DNA of 64,000 nucleotides. It comes from a bacterium (GTDB lineage Bacteria; Patescibacteriota; Minisyncoccia; Minisyncoccales; JANBVM01). Made by a program: the position numbers and the translations under genes. The notes beneath the pieces were generated by a model. That model did no database searches. It was given only the letters and a program-made list of their open reading frames with translations, and was not told where the DNA came from. Below, piece by piece: positions 43,759 to 51,849 of the stretch. The stretch's first letter is position 1. Every line of letters starts with the position of its first letter. The stretch is taken from the NCBI GenBank assembly GCA_030588745.1, contig JAUUXB010000001.1:5330-69329 (forward strand), written 5' to 3'.

Positions 43759-43785
43759 AAAACTCGTTTTAAACGAGTTTTTATG
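43759..43785 (+). terminator. intrinsic terminator after rpsP
   Basis: AAAACTCG-ttttaaa-CGAGTTTTT. Confidence 0.6.
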
Positions 43786-43931
43786 TTTTTAACAACCATT
43801 GACAAAAACCTTAAATCCATTAAACTTTTAGACAAGTAGCAAATATATCTGATTGGCTGATCCTCCGATTGATTAATGGAGAGGTAGGCTGAAAGGTCGG
43901 GCTACTGAATGAAACATTATTGATTGATAAT

Positions 43932-44246
43932 ATGGCTAAATCAAGTGATCAAGACTTTCTTGAGTTTATTGTTAAAGCCTTAGTTGATAACCCAGACGAT
44001 GTTAAAGTTGACCGCAAGGTTGATGAAATGGGAGTTTTGCTTTCATTGAAAGTAAACCCTGAAGACATGGGTCAGATCATTGGTAAGGCTGGATCTACTG
44101 CTCGAGCTATTAGAAACCTGGTTAGAATTGTTGGTCTTAAGAATCACGCTAGAGTGAATTTAAAGATCGAAGAACCAGAAGGGTCTCGTGCTCAAGGAAG
44201 AAAATCTCCATCAGCCGGAGAAGAACTTAGTGATTTGAAATTGTAA
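43932..44246 (+). CDS. KH-domain RNA-binding protein (YlqC/UPF0109-like)
   Basis: IIGKAGSTARAIRNLV (GxxG KH motif), in the conserved position after rpsP. Confidence 0.8.
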   Translation: MAKSSDQDFLEFIVKALVDNPDDVKVDRKVDEMGVLLSLKVNPEDMGQIIGKAGSTARAIRNLVRIVGLKNHARVNLKIEEPEGSRAQGRKSPSAGEELSDLKL

Positions 44247-44309
44247 ATTTTACCCTCCAAAATTTTCCTTCAGAAAACTTGGGAGGGCGAAAGATTTACT
44301 ACTAACAAA

Positions 44310-44346
44310 AGCAGTGCTATTATTAGTGTGATAGTGCTGTTTTTGT
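44310..44346 (+). terminator. intrinsic terminator
   Basis: AGCAGTGCTAT ... ATAGTGCTGTT (11 bp including G:U pairs) followed by TTTGTT. Confidence 0.45.
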
Positions 44347-44355
44347 TAAAAAAAT

Positions 44356-45054
44356 ATGATTAAATTTAATATTATTACAATTTTCCCTGATATATTTAGC
44401 TCCTATTTATCAGATAGTTTAATTGACAGGGCTTTAAAAAAGAAGCTTATTAAAGTTAAGGTTCATAATTTAAGAAAATGGACCACTGATCGTCATCAAA
44501 CAGTTGATGACAGGCCTTATGGTGGAGGATTAGGAATGGTTTTTAAAGTTGAGCCAATTTTTAAAGCTGTAAAAGAAATTTTAAAAAAATCAAAAGCTAA
44601 AAAAAGAAAAATTATTCTTTTTACACCTCGTGGAAAAAAGTTTAACCAAAAAACAGTCTATAATCTGTCAAAACTTGACGAGATTATTATGATTTGCGGA
44701 CGCTATGAAGGAGTTGATGAGAGAGTGGCAAAGCATATTGCTGACATGGAATTGTCTATAGGGGATTATGATTTAATGGGAGGAGAACTGCCAGCAATGG
44801 TTGTTATTGAAGCTGTTTCAAGATTAATTCCTGGGGTTTTAGGAAAAGAAAAGCTTTTAAAAGAAAGAATAACAAAAGAAAAGGGCTTTATTGAATATCC
44901 TCAATATACAAGACCTGGAGTATTTAAACCAAAAGGAAAAATTAAAGCAAAAAACCCTAGAAAATGGAGTGTTCCTAAAGTTTTATTATCTGGAAACCAT
45001 AAAGAAATTAAAGAATGGAGGGAAAAATACAGGAAGGAAATAGGTGGAAAATAA
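44356..45054 (+). CDS. trmD: tRNA (guanine37-N1)-methyltransferase
   Basis: FNIITIFPDIF, DDRPYGGGLGMV, CGRYEGVDERV, GGELPAMV. Confidence 0.94.
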   Translation: MIKFNIITIFPDIFSSYLSDSLIDRALKKKLIKVKVHNLRKWTTDRHQTVDDRPYGGGLGMVFKVEPIFKAVKEILKKSKAKKRKIILFTPRGKKFNQKTVYNLSKLDEIIMICGRYEGVDERVAKHIADMELSIGDYDLMGGELPAMVVIEAVSRLIPGVLGKEKLLKERITKEKGFIEYPQYTRPGVFKPKGKIKAKNPRKWSVPKVLLSGNHKEIKEWREKYRKEIGGK

Positions 45055-45087
45055 GGATGTTCTGTGCTAAAATTAAATTCCTAAAAA

Positions 45088-45170
45088 GGGTGGTTGGCGG
45101 AGTAGACAAACGCTCTGGTCTGTAAAACCAGCGTCTTCGGACTACGTAGGTGCAAATCCTACACCACCCA
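45088..45170 (+). tRNA. tRNA-Tyr(GTA), type II, with T-loop UGCAAAU (G55) and D-loop GAGUAGACAAA (A18)
   Basis: Perfect acceptor GGGTGGT/ACCACCC, anticodon arm CTGGT-CTGTAAA-ACCAG, long variable arm CGTCTTCGGACTAC, T arm GTAGG-TGCAAAT-CCTAC. No encoded CCA. Confidence 0.88.
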
Positions 45171-45202
45171 CATTGATTTAGTGTATTTTTTAGTTATAAT
45201 AT

Positions 45203-45275
45203 GCCGAGATAGCTCAGTTGGTAGAGCATTTGCATGGTAAGCAAAAGGTCACGAGTTCAATCCTCGTTCTCGGCT
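45203..45275 (+). tRNA. tRNA-Thr(GGT)
   Basis: GCCGAGA-TA-GCTC-AGTTGGTA-GAGC-A-TTTGC-ATGGTAA-GCAAA-AGGTC-ACGAG-TTCAATC-CTCGT-TCTCGGC-T. Confidence 0.92.
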
Positions 45276-45300
45276 CATAATTAATTCAAATTTTATAAGT

Positions 45301-45474
45301 ATGGCAAAAAAGAAAAATCCATTCGTAAAAATGAAGTGTGAAGAATGTAAAAGGGTTAATTATCATACGCAAAAATCCAAGAAAATGTTTACTGAAGTTA
45401 AAACTAAGTTAGAATTGAAAAAATTCTGCAAATGGTGTAGGAAACATACATTACATAAAGAGGCGAAGAAGTAA
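45301..45474 (+). CDS. rpmG: 50S ribosomal protein L33 (57 aa; too short for the ORF track)
   Basis: Own translation: [57 protein letters not shown]. The two CxxC pairs are typical of zinc-binding L33. Confidence 0.88.
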   Translation: MAKKKNPFVKMKCEECKRVNYHTQKSKKMFTEVKTKLELKKFCKWCRKHTLHKEAKK

Positions 45475-45481
45475 GTATACT

Positions 45482-45970
45482 ATGAACAAAAATCACTATC
45501 TTCATGAAGTCGCAATTACAGCTATTATTGTAAAGGATGGAAAATATTTAATTACCAGAAGATCGCCAAAGAAAAAGAGGTTTCCAGGAATGTGGACAGT
45601 ACCAGGGGGAAAGATGGAGACAAGTGATTATTTACAATTACCAAAAGACACGAAGTATTACTGGTATAATGTTCTGGAGCGTACATTACGAAGAGAACTC
45701 AAAGAAGAAGTAGGGATTGAGGTTAATAATATTGAATATGTGACAAGCCTGGCAACGGTTCACGCTGACGGAAGCCCATCACTCGTAATCTCTTGTATGG
45801 CAGATTATATTTCTGGCGACATTAAGCTTCAGGAAGATGAATTGGATCAACATGCCTGGGTGAGTTTAGAAGAAGCAAAAAATTACCAGCTTATTGATGG
45901 AATTCATGATGAGCTTGTTATGGCTGAACGAATACGAAAAGGTGAAAAGATACAGTGGAAAAGATTTTGA
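45482..45970 (+). CDS. NUDIX hydrolase (GC-richer insert)
   Basis: Nudix box GGKMETSDY...ERTLRRELKEEVGIEV. Confidence 0.8.
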   Translation: MNKNHYLHEVAITAIIVKDGKYLITRRSPKKKRFPGMWTVPGGKMETSDYLQLPKDTKYYWYNVLERTLRRELKEEVGIEVNNIEYVTSLATVHADGSPSLVISCMADYISGDIKLQEDELDQHAWVSLEEAKNYQLIDGIHDELVMAERIRKGEKIQWKRF

Positions 45971-46031
45971 ATTGAAAAAATTCTGCAAGTGGTGTCGTCA
46001 ACACACTTTATACAAAGAATTAAAAAAATAA
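45969..46031 (+). pseudogene. orphan duplicate of the last 20 codons plus stop of rpmG
   Basis: GAATTGAAAAAATTCTGCAAGTGGTGTCGTCAACACACTTTATACAAAGAATTAAAAAAATAA encodes [20 protein letters not shown]. Compare 45412-45474, which encodes [20 protein letters not shown]. There is no upstream L33 body. Confidence 0.8.
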
Positions 46032-46036
46032 TTCTT

Positions 46037-46387
46037 ATGAATTTAAAAGAATACCAAAAGCTTTGCAAAGCAACTGCCCAAAAATTTAAGAACAGGGAAA
46101 AAGAAATACTAACTTGGGGTTTAGGTATTACAGGTGAAGCAGGAGATCTTGCTGGTTGTATTAAAAAAACATTTTCTCATGATAATGATCAGACAGATGG
46201 TATAAAAGAAAATCTTGGAGATACATTATGGTATGTTGCAATGATTTGTAATTTTTTTGATTGGGATTTAGAAGAAGTTTTAGAAGAAAACATCAAAAAG
46301 CTTAAAAAAAGATACCCTCAAGGATTTGATTTCAAAAACGCTCAAAGAGGTGGAACAAGGATAGACTGGAATGAAGAGGAGAAATAA
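46037..46387 (+). CDS. MazG-like nucleoside triphosphate pyrophosphohydrolase
   Basis: GLGITGEAGDLAGCIKK and LGDTLWYVAMICN match the MazG/dimeric dUTPase-like EExxE/D style. Start set at ATG 46037. Confidence 0.7.
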   Translation: MNLKEYQKLCKATAQKFKNREKEILTWGLGITGEAGDLAGCIKKTFSHDNDQTDGIKENLGDTLWYVAMICNFFDWDLEEVLEENIKKLKKRYPQGFDFKNAQRGGTRIDWNEEEK

Positions 46388-46406
46388 GATAATATTATGG
46401 CTAGGA

Positions 46407-46480
46407 GGGGGTGTAGTGAAGTGGTATCATGGGAATCTCCAAAATTCCAGTCGGGGGTTCAATTCCCTCCACCCCTGCCA
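46407..46480 (+). tRNA. tRNA-Trp(CCA), 3' CCA encoded
   Basis: GGGGGTG-TA-GTGA-AGTGGTA-TCAT-G-GGAAT-CTCCAAA-ATTCC-AGTC-GGGGG-TTCAATT-CCCTC-CACCCCT-G-CCA. Confidence 0.85.
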
Positions 46481-46484
46481 AAAT

Positions 46485-46817
46485 ATGACTATAAAAAAAA
46501 CAAAAATTAAATTACCAAAATTCTTGTTAGGAGTTCCTGTGGCATTATTGTCTTTGAAAGTTTTTTTTGGAGGACTTTTTGGTTATTTATTGGCACATTT
46601 TTTATCTGGAAAGCTTAACTCTGTGATTTTAGGCACTGGGAATTTTAAATTTCATTTTCATCATTGGATAATGGGTTTTGTTATGCTGACTGTTATTCTG
46701 CTTTATGAGATTTCTCCATTAGCAAATCAATTATTCTATGGATTTTTAGGCGGAGTAATTTTTCAGGGAATTTCTAATTATTCAGACTGGCACAGGATTT
46801 TTTCCAAAAAACATTAA
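46485..46817 (+). CDS. small membrane protein (about 110 aa)
   Basis: Three hydrophobic segments. The track start at 46371 would run through tRNA-Trp, so ATG 46485 is preferred. Confidence 0.5.
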   Translation: MTIKKTKIKLPKFLLGVPVALLSLKVFFGGLFGYLLAHFLSGKLNSVILGTGNFKFHFHHWIMGFVMLTVILLYEISPLANQLFYGFLGGVIFQGISNYSDWHRIFSKKH

Positions 46818-46830
46818 TCTTAGATTTAAC

Positions 46831-46865
46831 AAAAAAACATACTGAAAATAGAGTATGTTTTTTTG
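46831..46865. terminator. bidirectional hairpin terminator between convergent genes
   Basis: AAAAAAACATACT-gaaaatag-AGTATGTTTTTTT, with an A-run and a T-run flanking a 6-bp GC-poor stem. Confidence 0.5.
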
Positions 46866-46880
46866 TTCGTTTCAGAAGTT

Positions 46881-47201
46881 CTATTTCTTTAGATAAGCCG
46901 GTAGTTTTAATCCTAATTTTGATAGATTATCTAAAATTGACCCAGTCAAAGCCAAGAGCACAAGTATATATGAAAATTGGCTTACTTTAGCCAAAGATGG
47001 AATTGCTGTTGGGATGAGCATTAAAATTCCAAAACCTAAAATATAGGCTAAAACAGGTCTGAACATAAAATCAGCTACTTTTCCTAAACGAAAGTCTTTT
47101 TTCACCAAGGCAGCAATAATTCCCAGTAATACATCAATTACAATTAGGATAATAATCCACTTCATTTCAGATGTTTTAAGCAGAGTAAGTATATCTACCA
47201 T
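46881..47201 (-). CDS. holin-like small membrane protein (phage_holin_4-type pattern)
   Basis: MKWIILIVIDVLLGIIAALVKKDFRLGK...LDNLSKLG resembles toxin-secretion/phage-lysis holins. Start set at MVDIL. Confidence 0.45.
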   Translation of the reverse strand: MVDILTLLKTSEMKWIIILIVIDVLLGIIAALVKKDFRLGKVADFMFRPVLAYILGFGILMLIPTAIPSLAKVSQFSYILVLLALTGSILDNLSKLGLKLPAYLKK

Positions 47202-47358
47202 AGTTTTTAACAGTTTATTTTTAAAACAAAAGCAATTAGTTTCGACCTTTGACTGGACAGGATAAGCCTGTCCAGAAGCGATTAGTATATTGTAGAACAA
47301 TCTGTCAAATTTAGAAAATCAATTTTCCACAGCCTTAGAATATGATAGAATAATTAAT

Positions 47359-48969
47359 ATGGAGAAAAGAAAAATCATTGGAATTATAGTTATTGTTTCT
47401 TTGTTGATAATTCTTGCTTCTAGAACTATTTTTAAAAAAACAGAGGATGGTTTTATTTTTGCTGAAGCCAAAATTGCAAATGTTATTGAGGAAGTTTCAG
47501 AAACTGGTCAGGTTAAAAAAGGAGAACAAATTGAGCTTGGTTTTAAAACTTCAGGCATACTTGAAAAGATTTACATCAGTGTGGGTGAAAAGGTTGAGGA
47601 AAAAGATGTTTTAGCAAAGCTAGAAAATACTCAACTAAATATTCAGTTAAGCGAGGCCCAGGCAAGTTTACAACTCTATCAAGCTCAACTTAATAAACTG
47701 ATTGCTGGTGCAACTCCTCAAGAAGTTCAAGTTAAACAAACTGCTGTTGATAATGCCCAGATTGCACTTGATACTGCTAGTCAAGCCCTAGAAGATATTA
47801 AAGCCCAGGGACAAAAAGATTTAGAATCTGCTTATGAAGACGCCTTAAATGTCTTAGATGATTCATATTTAAAAACATCAAACAGTTTTAATGTGGTAAG
47901 TTTAGTTCAAAGAACATACTTTACTTCCGCTGATCAGGAATCAATTAATATTAGAGAGAATAAAGATAAAATACAAAATACTTTAAATGAAGTTGAGCCA
48001 TACGTAAACACAGCTAGAGATACTGAAACAAATCAGGATATTGACAGTGCCCTATATCAAATGAAAGAGGCGCTAAACAACATTTCTGATGCCTTAAAAG
48101 TTATAAGAGATACTTGTGAAACAGTTGGTTATAAAAACATTGTTTCTTCTAATGATAAATCTTCTTTGGACACTCACAGAGGATATATTAATACAGCTCT
48201 AACAAATGTTGTTAATTCCCAGCAAACCATTTCTTCAACTGAATTAGACAATAGTGTTAATATTAATACTTATTCTGCTAAGGTTGACACAGTCCAAGGC
48301 AGTTTAAAAGCAGCTCAAGATGATTTAGCAAAGTTAACTGCTTCTCCAAGACAGGAAGATGTTGATTTGTACCAAGCTCAGGTTAAACAAGCCAAAGCTA
48401 AGGTTTGGCTTTTACAAAATCAGATTGAAGACACAATATTAAATGCACCTGTTAGTGGACAAATTATTAAAATTGAAAAAAGGGTAGGGGAATTAGTGCA
48501 ATCAGCATTAAAAGATGCTGTGATAACTATTCTTCCTTCTGATCCTTTTAGCATAGAGGTAGATATTTATGAAGAGGATGTGGCAAAAATGAATGTTGGC
48601 AATCCAGTAAACATTACTTTAGTTGCTTTTCCAGAACAAACCTTAACAGGAAAAGTAATTTCAATTGACCCTGCTGAAAAAGTAATAGATGGAGTGGTTT
48701 ATTATGAAGTTTCTGTTTCTTTGGATGATTTACCTGAAGGCGTAAAACCTGGCATGACTGCTGATTTAGTTATTAGGACTGATTTCAAAGAAAACGTATT
48801 AACTGTTCCGAAAAAAGCAGCTAGAAAAAAGAATGGAAAAACAATGGTTCAGGTTTTAGAAAATAAAACTATTACAGAGCGTGAAATAGAAGTTGGACTT
48901 AAGGGCACTAATGATGTTATAGAAGTTATTTCTGGACTTGAACAAGGTGAGCAAGTTATTTTACCTTAA
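47359..48969 (+). CDS. HlyD/MacA-type periplasmic adaptor (membrane fusion protein)
   Basis: N-terminal TM, long coiled-coil, barrel-sandwich and beta-barrel tail (APVSGQIIKIEKRVGE), directly upstream of the ABC ATPase and permease. Confidence 0.75.
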   Translation: MEKRKIIGIIVIVSLLIILASRTIFKKTEDGFIFAEAKIANVIEEVSETGQVKKGEQIELGFKTSGILEKIYISVGEKVEEKDVLAKLENTQLNIQLSEAQASLQLYQAQLNKLIAGATPQEVQVKQTAVDNAQIALDTASQALEDIKAQGQKDLESAYEDALNVLDDSYLKTSNSFNVVSLVQRTYFTSADQESINIRENKDKIQNTLNEVEPYVNTARDTETNQDIDSALYQMKEALNNISDALKVIRDTCETVGYKNIVSSNDKSSLDTHRGYINTALTNVVNSQQTISSTELDNSVNINTYSAKVDTVQGSLKAAQDDLAKLTASPRQEDVDLYQAQVKQAKAKVWLLQNQIEDTILNAPVSGQIIKIEKRVGELVQSALKDAVITILPSDPFSIEVDIYEEDVAKMNVGNPVNITLVAFPEQTLTGKVISIDPAEKVIDGVVYYEVSVSLDDLPEGVKPGMTADLVIRTDFKENVLTVPKKAARKKNGKTMVQVLENKTITEREIEVGLKGTNDVIEVISGLEQGEQVILP

Positions 48970-49683
48970 ATGTCAGAAAAAGTTATTGAACTAAATAATG
49001 TTTGGAAGATTTATCAATTGGGAAAAGTAGAACTAATAGCCTTAAAAGGAGTAAGCCTCGATGTAACTCGAGGTGATTTTGTAAGCATCATGGGACCATC
49101 AGGTTCTGGCAAATCAACCCTTTTAAACATGATAGGTTGCTTGGATATTCCAACTAAAGGAAAAGTTGTTTTAAATGGAAAAGATGTTTCAAAATTAACA
49201 GAAGATCAACTTTCTCAACTTAGAGGAAAAACTATTGGTTTTGTGTTTCAGACATTTAATTTAATGCCTCACTTAACAGCTCTTGAGAATGTGATGCTGC
49301 CAATGGTTTTTCAGGGTAAATCATTAGAACAAAGGAAAAAAAAGGCAAAACAGCTTTTAACATCAGTTGGTTTGGAAAAAAGAATTAATCATCAGCCAGC
49401 TGAACTTTCAGGCGGTGAAAGGCAAAGAGTAGCTATAGCCAGAGCTTTTGCCAATGACCCAGAACTTGTTATTGCTGATGAACCAACAGGTAATTTGGAT
49501 TCAGTAACTGGCAAGAAAATTATGCAGCTTTTAAAACAATTTCATCAAAAAGAGAAAAAAACAATGATTGTTGTAACTCATGATCCTAATATTGCTGATT
49601 ATAGTGAGAAGATATTTAATATTAAAGATGGTGAGATTATTATTAATCATCAAAAAGCATCCAAGTTTTTATGGAGGAAATAA
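48970..49683 (+). CDS. ABC transporter ATP-binding protein (MacB/LolD family)
   Basis: Walker [10 protein letters not shown], signature LSGGERQR, Walker [12 protein letters not shown]. Confidence 0.92.
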   Translation: MSEKVIELNNVWKIYQLGKVELIALKGVSLDVTRGDFVSIMGPSGSGKSTLLNMIGCLDIPTKGKVVLNGKDVSKLTEDQLSQLRGKTIGFVFQTFNLMPHLTALENVMLPMVFQGKSLEQRKKKAKQLLTSVGLEKRINHQPAELSGGERQRVAIARAFANDPELVIADEPTGNLDSVTGKKIMQLLKQFHQKEKKTMIVVTHDPNIADYSEKIFNIKDGEIIINHQKASKFLWRK

Positions 49684-50897
49684 AAGAATATTTCTATATT
49701 GCCCTAAGAAATCTCAGAACAAGATCTTTAAGGAGCTGGCTTACTATTTTTGGTATTGTTATAGGGGTGTTTTTAATTATTAGTTTATTGTCTTTATCAG
49801 AAGGGATTAAAGCTAGCATTACACAGCAATTAAGGTCTTTAGGGGGAGAAATGATTTTTGTTATGCCTGGTGATATTTCCAATCCTTTTATAGCAATGAT
49901 GGGAGGTGAAAGGTTGGAAAAAGAAGATATTGATGCCATTAGAAAAACAGAAGGAGTAGAGGAGGTACTTACTACTTCTTATGCAGCCAGTATTATGAGG
50001 TATGAAGAGGAGAGCAAGCAGGTTATTTTAATGGGTATTTCCTGGGAAGAAAGCTTGGAGATTTTAAAAAATTATCAAGGATGGAGCTTGGCTGAAGGCA
50101 ACTGGCCTGTTGCAGGCAAGAGAGAGATTGTAGTGGGTCAGCAAGTAGCTTATGAAATATTCAAACAGGATATTGAGATTGATTCAGAAGCAATAATTAA
50201 AGGTAGAACTTTTGAAATAGTAGGAGTATTGAACTCTTTAGGCAATAAAACTGATGATAGTGGAGTATATATTGATATGCCTATTTATCAGGGCTTAACT
50301 GGAGAAAAAAGAGGAAGCGCTCAAATAGCTATGGTAAAAATTGAAGAAGGCGCTCCATTGGATGAAACAGCTGAGAATATTAAAGAGAATCTTCAAAAAA
50401 CAAGAAAAAGAAGAGCTGGCACTGATGAGGCTGATTTTAGTGTCATCACTTCTGATGCTATTGGTGATATTGCAGGCAATATATTAGCTGTTATTCAGTT
50501 AGCTATAATAGCTTTTGCCAGTATTGCTATTATTGTTGGAGGTATTGGAATAACAAACACAATGTTTACTTCAGTAAGAGAAAGAACCAGAGAAATAGGA
50601 ATTATGAAAGCTGTTGGTGCTAAGAATGTAGCTGTACTATCTATTTTCTTGTTTGAATCCGCAGTTATTGGTTTGACTGGAGGAGTAGGGGGCACATTGT
50701 TAGGTGTTGGTTTTGCCAGATTAATTGAAATGTATGGACAAGTTCACCCTATATTCTACTTTAGAGCATCTGTAAGTATTGGTTTGATTGTTTTTGGTTT
50801 AGTTTTTTCTTTTTTAATTGGTTGCTTGGCAGGGTTTTTCCCAGCCAGACAAGCTGCAAAATTAAAACCAGTAGAAGCATTAAGAAGATTAGAATAA
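49671..50897 (+). CDS. ABC transporter permease, FtsX/MacB-type
   Basis: MacB-like topology: TM1, large periplasmic domain, then three C-terminal TMs with SVRERTREIGIMKAVGA. Confidence 0.88.
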   Translation: MEEIKEYFYIALRNLRTRSLRSWLTIFGIVIGVFLIISLLSLSEGIKASITQQLRSLGGEMIFVMPGDISNPFIAMMGGERLEKEDIDAIRKTEGVEEVLTTSYAASIMRYEEESKQVILMGISWEESLEILKNYQGWSLAEGNWPVAGKREIVVGQQVAYEIFKQDIEIDSEAIIKGRTFEIVGVLNSLGNKTDDSGVYIDMPIYQGLTGEKRGSAQIAMVKIEEGAPLDETAENIKENLQKTRKRRAGTDEADFSVITSDAIGDIAGNILAVIQLAIIAFASIAIIVGGIGITNTMFTSVRERTREIGIMKAVGAKNVAVLSIFLFESAVIGLTGGVGGTLLGVGFARLIEMYGQVHPIFYFRASVSIGLIVFGLVFSFLIGCLAGFFPARQAAKLKPVEALRRLE

Positions 50898-50919
50898 TTA
50901 ATTAATTTTATAACAATAT

Positions 50920-51222
50920 ATGACTTATTTAATATTAATCGCAGGCTTTGGTGGAGGAGCAGTCAGGGGACTGACTGGTTTCATTAAACATCAGTTTTCA
51001 TATAAAAACGTGCCCTTTAGAGTCAGATACTTTTTAGGCACAGTAATAATTTCCGGAATGATTGGATTCTTATCTGTTTATGCAATTAAAAATATTGGTT
51101 TTACTTTGGAGAGTATGTTTACTCCAGCTTTGAGTTTTATTGTTGGTTATGCTGGAGGTGATTTTATCGAGAATATTTATAAAATCCTTATTAAAAAATC
51201 TTCATTATATTCTGATAATTAG
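50920..51222 (+). CDS. small membrane protein
   Basis: 100 aa, three hydrophobic segments. Confidence 0.45.
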   Translation: MTYLILIAGFGGGAVRGLTGFIKHQFSYKNVPFRVRYFLGTVIISGMIGFLSVYAIKNIGFTLESMFTPALSFIVGYAGGDFIENIYKILIKKSSLYSDN

Positions 51223-51843
51223 ATGGCTTTGATTAATGATTTAATTGAAAAAGGATGGCTTAAAACTCCAAGAATTATTAAGGCATTTAAAAAAATCAAA
51301 AGAATTGATTTTATGCCTGAAGATTCTAAAAACTTAGCTGAATTAAATCAAGCTTTGCCAATTGGTTATGGTCAGACAATCTCTCAGCCATTGGTTGTTG
51401 CTTTTATGCTGGAACAGCTTCAGCCAGAAAAAGGTTATAAGATATTAGATGTTGGCTCTGGCTCTGGCTGGACAACAGCTCTGCTTTCTGAAATAGTAGG
51501 TGAAGAGGGAAAGATTATTGCTATTGAGCTTGTGAAAGAATTAAGAGATTCTGGCGAGAAAAATACCTCTGAATATAATTTTGTTAAAAAAGGAATTGCT
51601 GAATTTATTTGTGCTGATGGTTCTAAGGGTTACGAGAAAGAAGCACCCTTTGACAGAATATTAGCTTCTGCTTCAGCTTTAAAAATACCCTTGGCTTGGA
51701 AAAAACAACTTAAGATAGGTGGCAGAATTGTAACTCCAATAAAGACCTCAATTTGGGTATTTACTAAAAATTCTGAAACTGATTTTGAAGAAACTGAACA
51801 TCCTGGATTTGCATTTGTACCTCTTATTACAAATAACAAATAA
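51223..51843 (+). CDS. pcm: protein-L-isoaspartate O-methyltransferase
   Basis: GQTISQPLVVAFMLE and the SAM motif ILDVGSGSGWTTALL. Confidence 0.88.
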   Translation: MALINDLIEKGWLKTPRIIKAFKKIKRIDFMPEDSKNLAELNQALPIGYGQTISQPLVVAFMLEQLQPEKGYKILDVGSGSGWTTALLSEIVGEEGKIIAIELVKELRDSGEKNTSEYNFVKKGIAEFICADGSKGYEKEAPFDRILASASALKIPLAWKKQLKIGGRIVTPIKTSIWVFTKNSETDFEETEHPGFAFVPLITNNK

Positions 51844-51849
51844 GACAAT

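Noticed and set aside
43851-43919. GC-richer stretch (ctgattggctgatcctccgattgattaatggagaggtaggctgaaaggtcgggctac) upstream of the KH-protein gene, as a possible structured leader
   Set aside because: I could find only short, ambiguous pairings (CCTC/GAGG, GTAG/CTAC) and a repeated GGCTGA. That is not enough to claim an RNA element without a folding or covariation computation.
46371-46484. N-terminal extension of the 148-aa ORF
   Set aside because: It would be translated across tRNA-Trp. The hydrophobic protein starts plausibly at ATG 46485.
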